The position numbers and the translations under genes were made by a program. 17,607 nt of DNA from Oligoflexales bacterium. GTDB lineage: Bacteria; Bdellovibrionota_B; Oligoflexia; Oligoflexales; CAIYRB01. The stretch spans positions 1 to 17,607 of the forward strand of contig JBGSUI010000078.1 in assembly GCA_041736175.1 (NCBI GenBank), in the 5' to 3' direction. The notes below the pieces were generated by a model. The model ran no database searches and had not been told where the DNA came from. It was given only the letters and a program-made list of their open reading frames with translations. Positions 15,396-17,607 of the stretch are shown piece after piece. Numbering within the stretch: the first letter of the stretch is position 1; every line of letters starts with the position of its first letter.

Positions 15396-16691
15396 ATAGA
15401 GACTAAGATTTTACCGCCAGGGACAACCGATCTGAACCAACTCATCCTCAGAGAGAGCGACTGGGTTGAAGTGATCGAACAGGTTGCCGATCCCAAGGAT
15501 GTGGTCAGGACTCTTGTCGCCTTTGCCAATGACTATTCCAACCTAGGTGGCGGGTATATTGTTTGTGGCGCCAAGGAGGCCGTTGACGAATTTGGATTTC
15601 CCCAGGTGATTAAGAAGGGTCTGGAATCTGCCCTCTTTAAGGAGATCGAAGGACGTGTGATGAGCAGTTGCATCTCTGACGTTGATCCTCACATTGTCCC
15701 TAATGTGGACGAGGTTACATTGCCCGAAAGTGGGCTACGCATTTTGATTTTTGTTATGCCTGCAACCAGGCGAGTCCATAGCTTTCGAGAGACAGCACAA
15801 CAGGGTCCCGTTTGTTTTATACGGGTGGGCCGCGAAACGAAAATCGCGAAAAATGGTCTCTTTCGCCAGTTGCTTGTTCGCAAGGGAGAAGTCCCTCCTT
15901 GGGACAGGCGAACCAACCCCGCAGCCTCTGTCGATGACATTGATCTGCTTCGCTTACGAGAATTTCTGGTCATGGCCCGGTTGTGGGATGGTCGCCGATC
16001 CGCAGAAGAGTATTTGGCACCAGATTTTCAAATTCATGCGATGGTTCCCCCTCTCACGGAAAAAGAGCCGCTGACGGGGGTCCTTAAACCTCGGAATTTT
16101 GCTTTGCTTTTGTTTGGCAGAGAACCTACCAGGTACATTCCCGGTGCCTATTCTATTCTCTCTGTTTATCCTGGCGTGGACCGTAGTGATCGGCAGGCTG
16201 AAAGGCATGAGTTCTTTGGGCCCGTCCTAGAACAAGCTACGCGACTTAAGGATCGATTGGGAGTGGAAGCTGTCACTATCTTTGATAAGGAAGATATTCA
16301 ACCAAACTTGTTTAAATTCCCTAAACTGGCCCTTGAGGAGGCTCTTGTCAACACTGTCGTCCACCGCGACTATGAGATGGATCAGCCCTCTCGAATCACA
16401 ATTTTTGCTGATCGAGTAGAATTTTTGTCCCCAGGCCCCCTACCATCTGCGGTCAATAAAGACGAGTTTGTCGGAGGGCGGTCGCCTCCCCATTGGAGAA
16501 ATCAGACCCTGGCTTTTTTTCTGATGCGGGCGCAGTTTGCCCAGGCAGAAGGACAAGGGATACCGACCATCTACAAAAGCATGCGTGACGAAGGCTGTCC
16601 GCCGCCTCGATTCGAATTAAACTCGGCCTCTGTGACTTGTGTCCTGCATGCCCACCCACGAAGCTCCTTGCGTCCATCTCGACGACCCTAG
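15396..16691 (+). CDS. Second Schlafen/AlbA_2 + HATPase_c_4 protein, possibly degenerate; start codon unclear
   Basis: Frame open from 15396 (…TDLNQLILRESDWVEVIEQVAD); LVAFANDYSNLGGGYIVCG, FIRVGRET, ALEEALVNTVVHRDYE, RVEFLSPG, WRNQ, AEGQG. First ATG/GTG/TTG in frame is GTG 15471, inside the domain. Confidence 0.8.
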   Translation: METKILPPGTTDLNQLILRESDWVEVIEQVADPKDVVRTLVAFANDYSNLGGGYIVCGAKEAVDEFGFPQVIKKGLESALFKEIEGRVMSSCISDVDPHIVPNVDEVTLPESGLRILIFVMPATRRVHSFRETAQQGPVCFIRVGRETKIAKNGLFRQLLVRKGEVPPWDRRTNPAASVDDIDLLRLREFLVMARLWDGRRSAEEYLAPDFQIHAMVPPLTEKEPLTGVLKPRNFALLLFGREPTRYIPGAYSILSVYPGVDRSDRQAERHEFFGPVLEQATRLKDRLGVEAVTIFDKEDIQPNLFKFPKLALEEALVNTVVHRDYEMDQPSRITIFADRVEFLSPGPLPSAVNKDEFVGGRSPPHWRNQTLAFFLMRAQFAQAEGQGIPTIYKSMRDEGCPPPRFELNSASVTCVLHAHPRSSLRPSRRP

Positions 16692-16848
16692 CATTAGTCA
16701 AGAAGCCGCTGAAAATCCTCCCGAGACAGGTTAGCCACGTCGGGACCTGACCGGTTAAACAAGCAATCACTGTTGGGATTATCGGCCTCGACCCCACGGC
16801 TGGCCATAAGTCACCCCTCGACCACCTTTAATCTTGGTGAGTCACTCG

Positions 16849-16872
16849 GAGTCGTCCGCCCCGGGACGACTC
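16849..16872. other. 9-bp GC-rich hairpin immediately 3' of the HNH gene
   Basis: GAGTCGTCC-GCCCCG-GGACGACTC. Confidence 0.5.
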
Positions 16873-16877
16873 GCCCT

Positions 16878-17606
16878 CTAGAGCGTTAGGTCCCACTCTT
16901 GCCTCTTTTTCTCCCAGAACTCTTCTCCTAGCCTTTCCCTTGCCGAAAGTTGATTATGACGCCGGCAGGTAAGGGCAAGATTTTCTACCTCGTGGGTACC
17001 CCCATGACAGTGCATCGTCTGGACGTGGTCGAGTTCTAAGTTAAACTTTTCCTTGCAACGACTCCCGTCTACCTCCGTCCAAGTGCAGCGTCCGTCATCC
17101 CGGGACCACACCTCGTGGCGAACGGCCATTGGAATTGCAGGCCGGTGTTTTTTCGCAGCTGGTTTCACATCGGGAGTCACTAAATCCGGGACCGGTGTTA
17201 CTGGGACCACGGTCTCGGTCGGCGTTCGTCCCGGGGCGACACCCTCCTCGGAGTTCTTCCCCTGATCCTTTTTTTGTTGTCTCTGCTTAGCCCTTTCAGC
17301 CTTGCGCAAAGGATCACGGTGTTCAAGGAGATCCCCTAAGGCACTGATCACCACCTCGGCATTCTTTGGTACATGTCCCCCATGGGACATGACCTCGCGG
17401 GCACGGTCCAAAAGAGCCATTTCTTCTAACGTTAAAGTCAGTGTGATTTGAACGGTTTCTTGACCAGGCAACAGGGTCCCCTCGAAAGTGACCCTCGATA
17501 TAAAAGCCTCGCACTCCCTTTTGGTTTTATTTCTGATTCCCTCTAAAATAAGGTCGGCATTCGCTGCGGTGATTTTACCCGAGATCATAGCAAGTTGTGA
17601 GACGTG
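16878..17606 (-). CDS. HNH endonuclease domain protein (N-terminus beyond the window edge)
   Basis: RPAIPMAVRHEVWSRDDGRC...C...LELDH...GGTHEVENLALTCRRHN; frame stays open upstream of 17588 (HVSQLA) to the edge. Confidence 0.88.
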   Translation of the reverse strand, partial: HVSQLAMISGKITAANADLILEGIRNKTKRECEAFISRVTFEGTLLPGQETVQITLTLTLEEMALLDRAREVMSHGGHVPKNAEVVISALGDLLEHRDPLRKAERAKQRQQKKDQGKNSEEGVAPGRTPTETVVPVTPVPDLVTPDVKPAAKKHRPAIPMAVRHEVWSRDDGRCTWTEVDGSRCKEKFNLELDHVQTMHCHGGTHEVENLALTCRRHNQLSARERLGEEFWEKKRQEWDLTL

Positions 17607-17607
17607 G

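Noticed and set aside
16779..16810. sigma28 promoter (GCCGATAA on the minus strand)
   Set aside because: No TAAA-like -35 at 15-bp spacing and no sense gene downstream.

Overview
Bacterial chromosomal window; the small orphan proteins and the HNH family tentatively suggest Bdellovibrionota/Oligoflexia (inference only). The left part (1-10.3 kb) is an accessory patchwork: the end of an upstream gene with its terminator, a 5'-truncated GH3/F5-8 fragment, a GT-B glycosyltransferase, a 5'-truncated AbiEii toxin, an AAA+ ATPase-PD-(D/E)XK protein, a Schlafen/AlbA_2-HATPase-HTH protein, and an AAA-ATPase_like/PDDEXK_9 gene with a 177-aa partner. Embedded in it is a 235-aa orphan that, read by eye, has the ordered motifs of a minimal protein-kinase-like fold and is divergent from two small Ser/Thr-rich proteins with patterned leaders; this is the best candidate for an undescribed system. 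The right part is a minus-strand RNA-maturation cluster (rnpB-trmB-hypothetical-ybeY-CNNM/HlyC), a second, apparently degenerate Schlafen-HATPase gene, and an HNH endonuclease cut by the window edge. Several intergenic regions carry operator-like palindromes. All family calls are from motif recognition; no searches were run.
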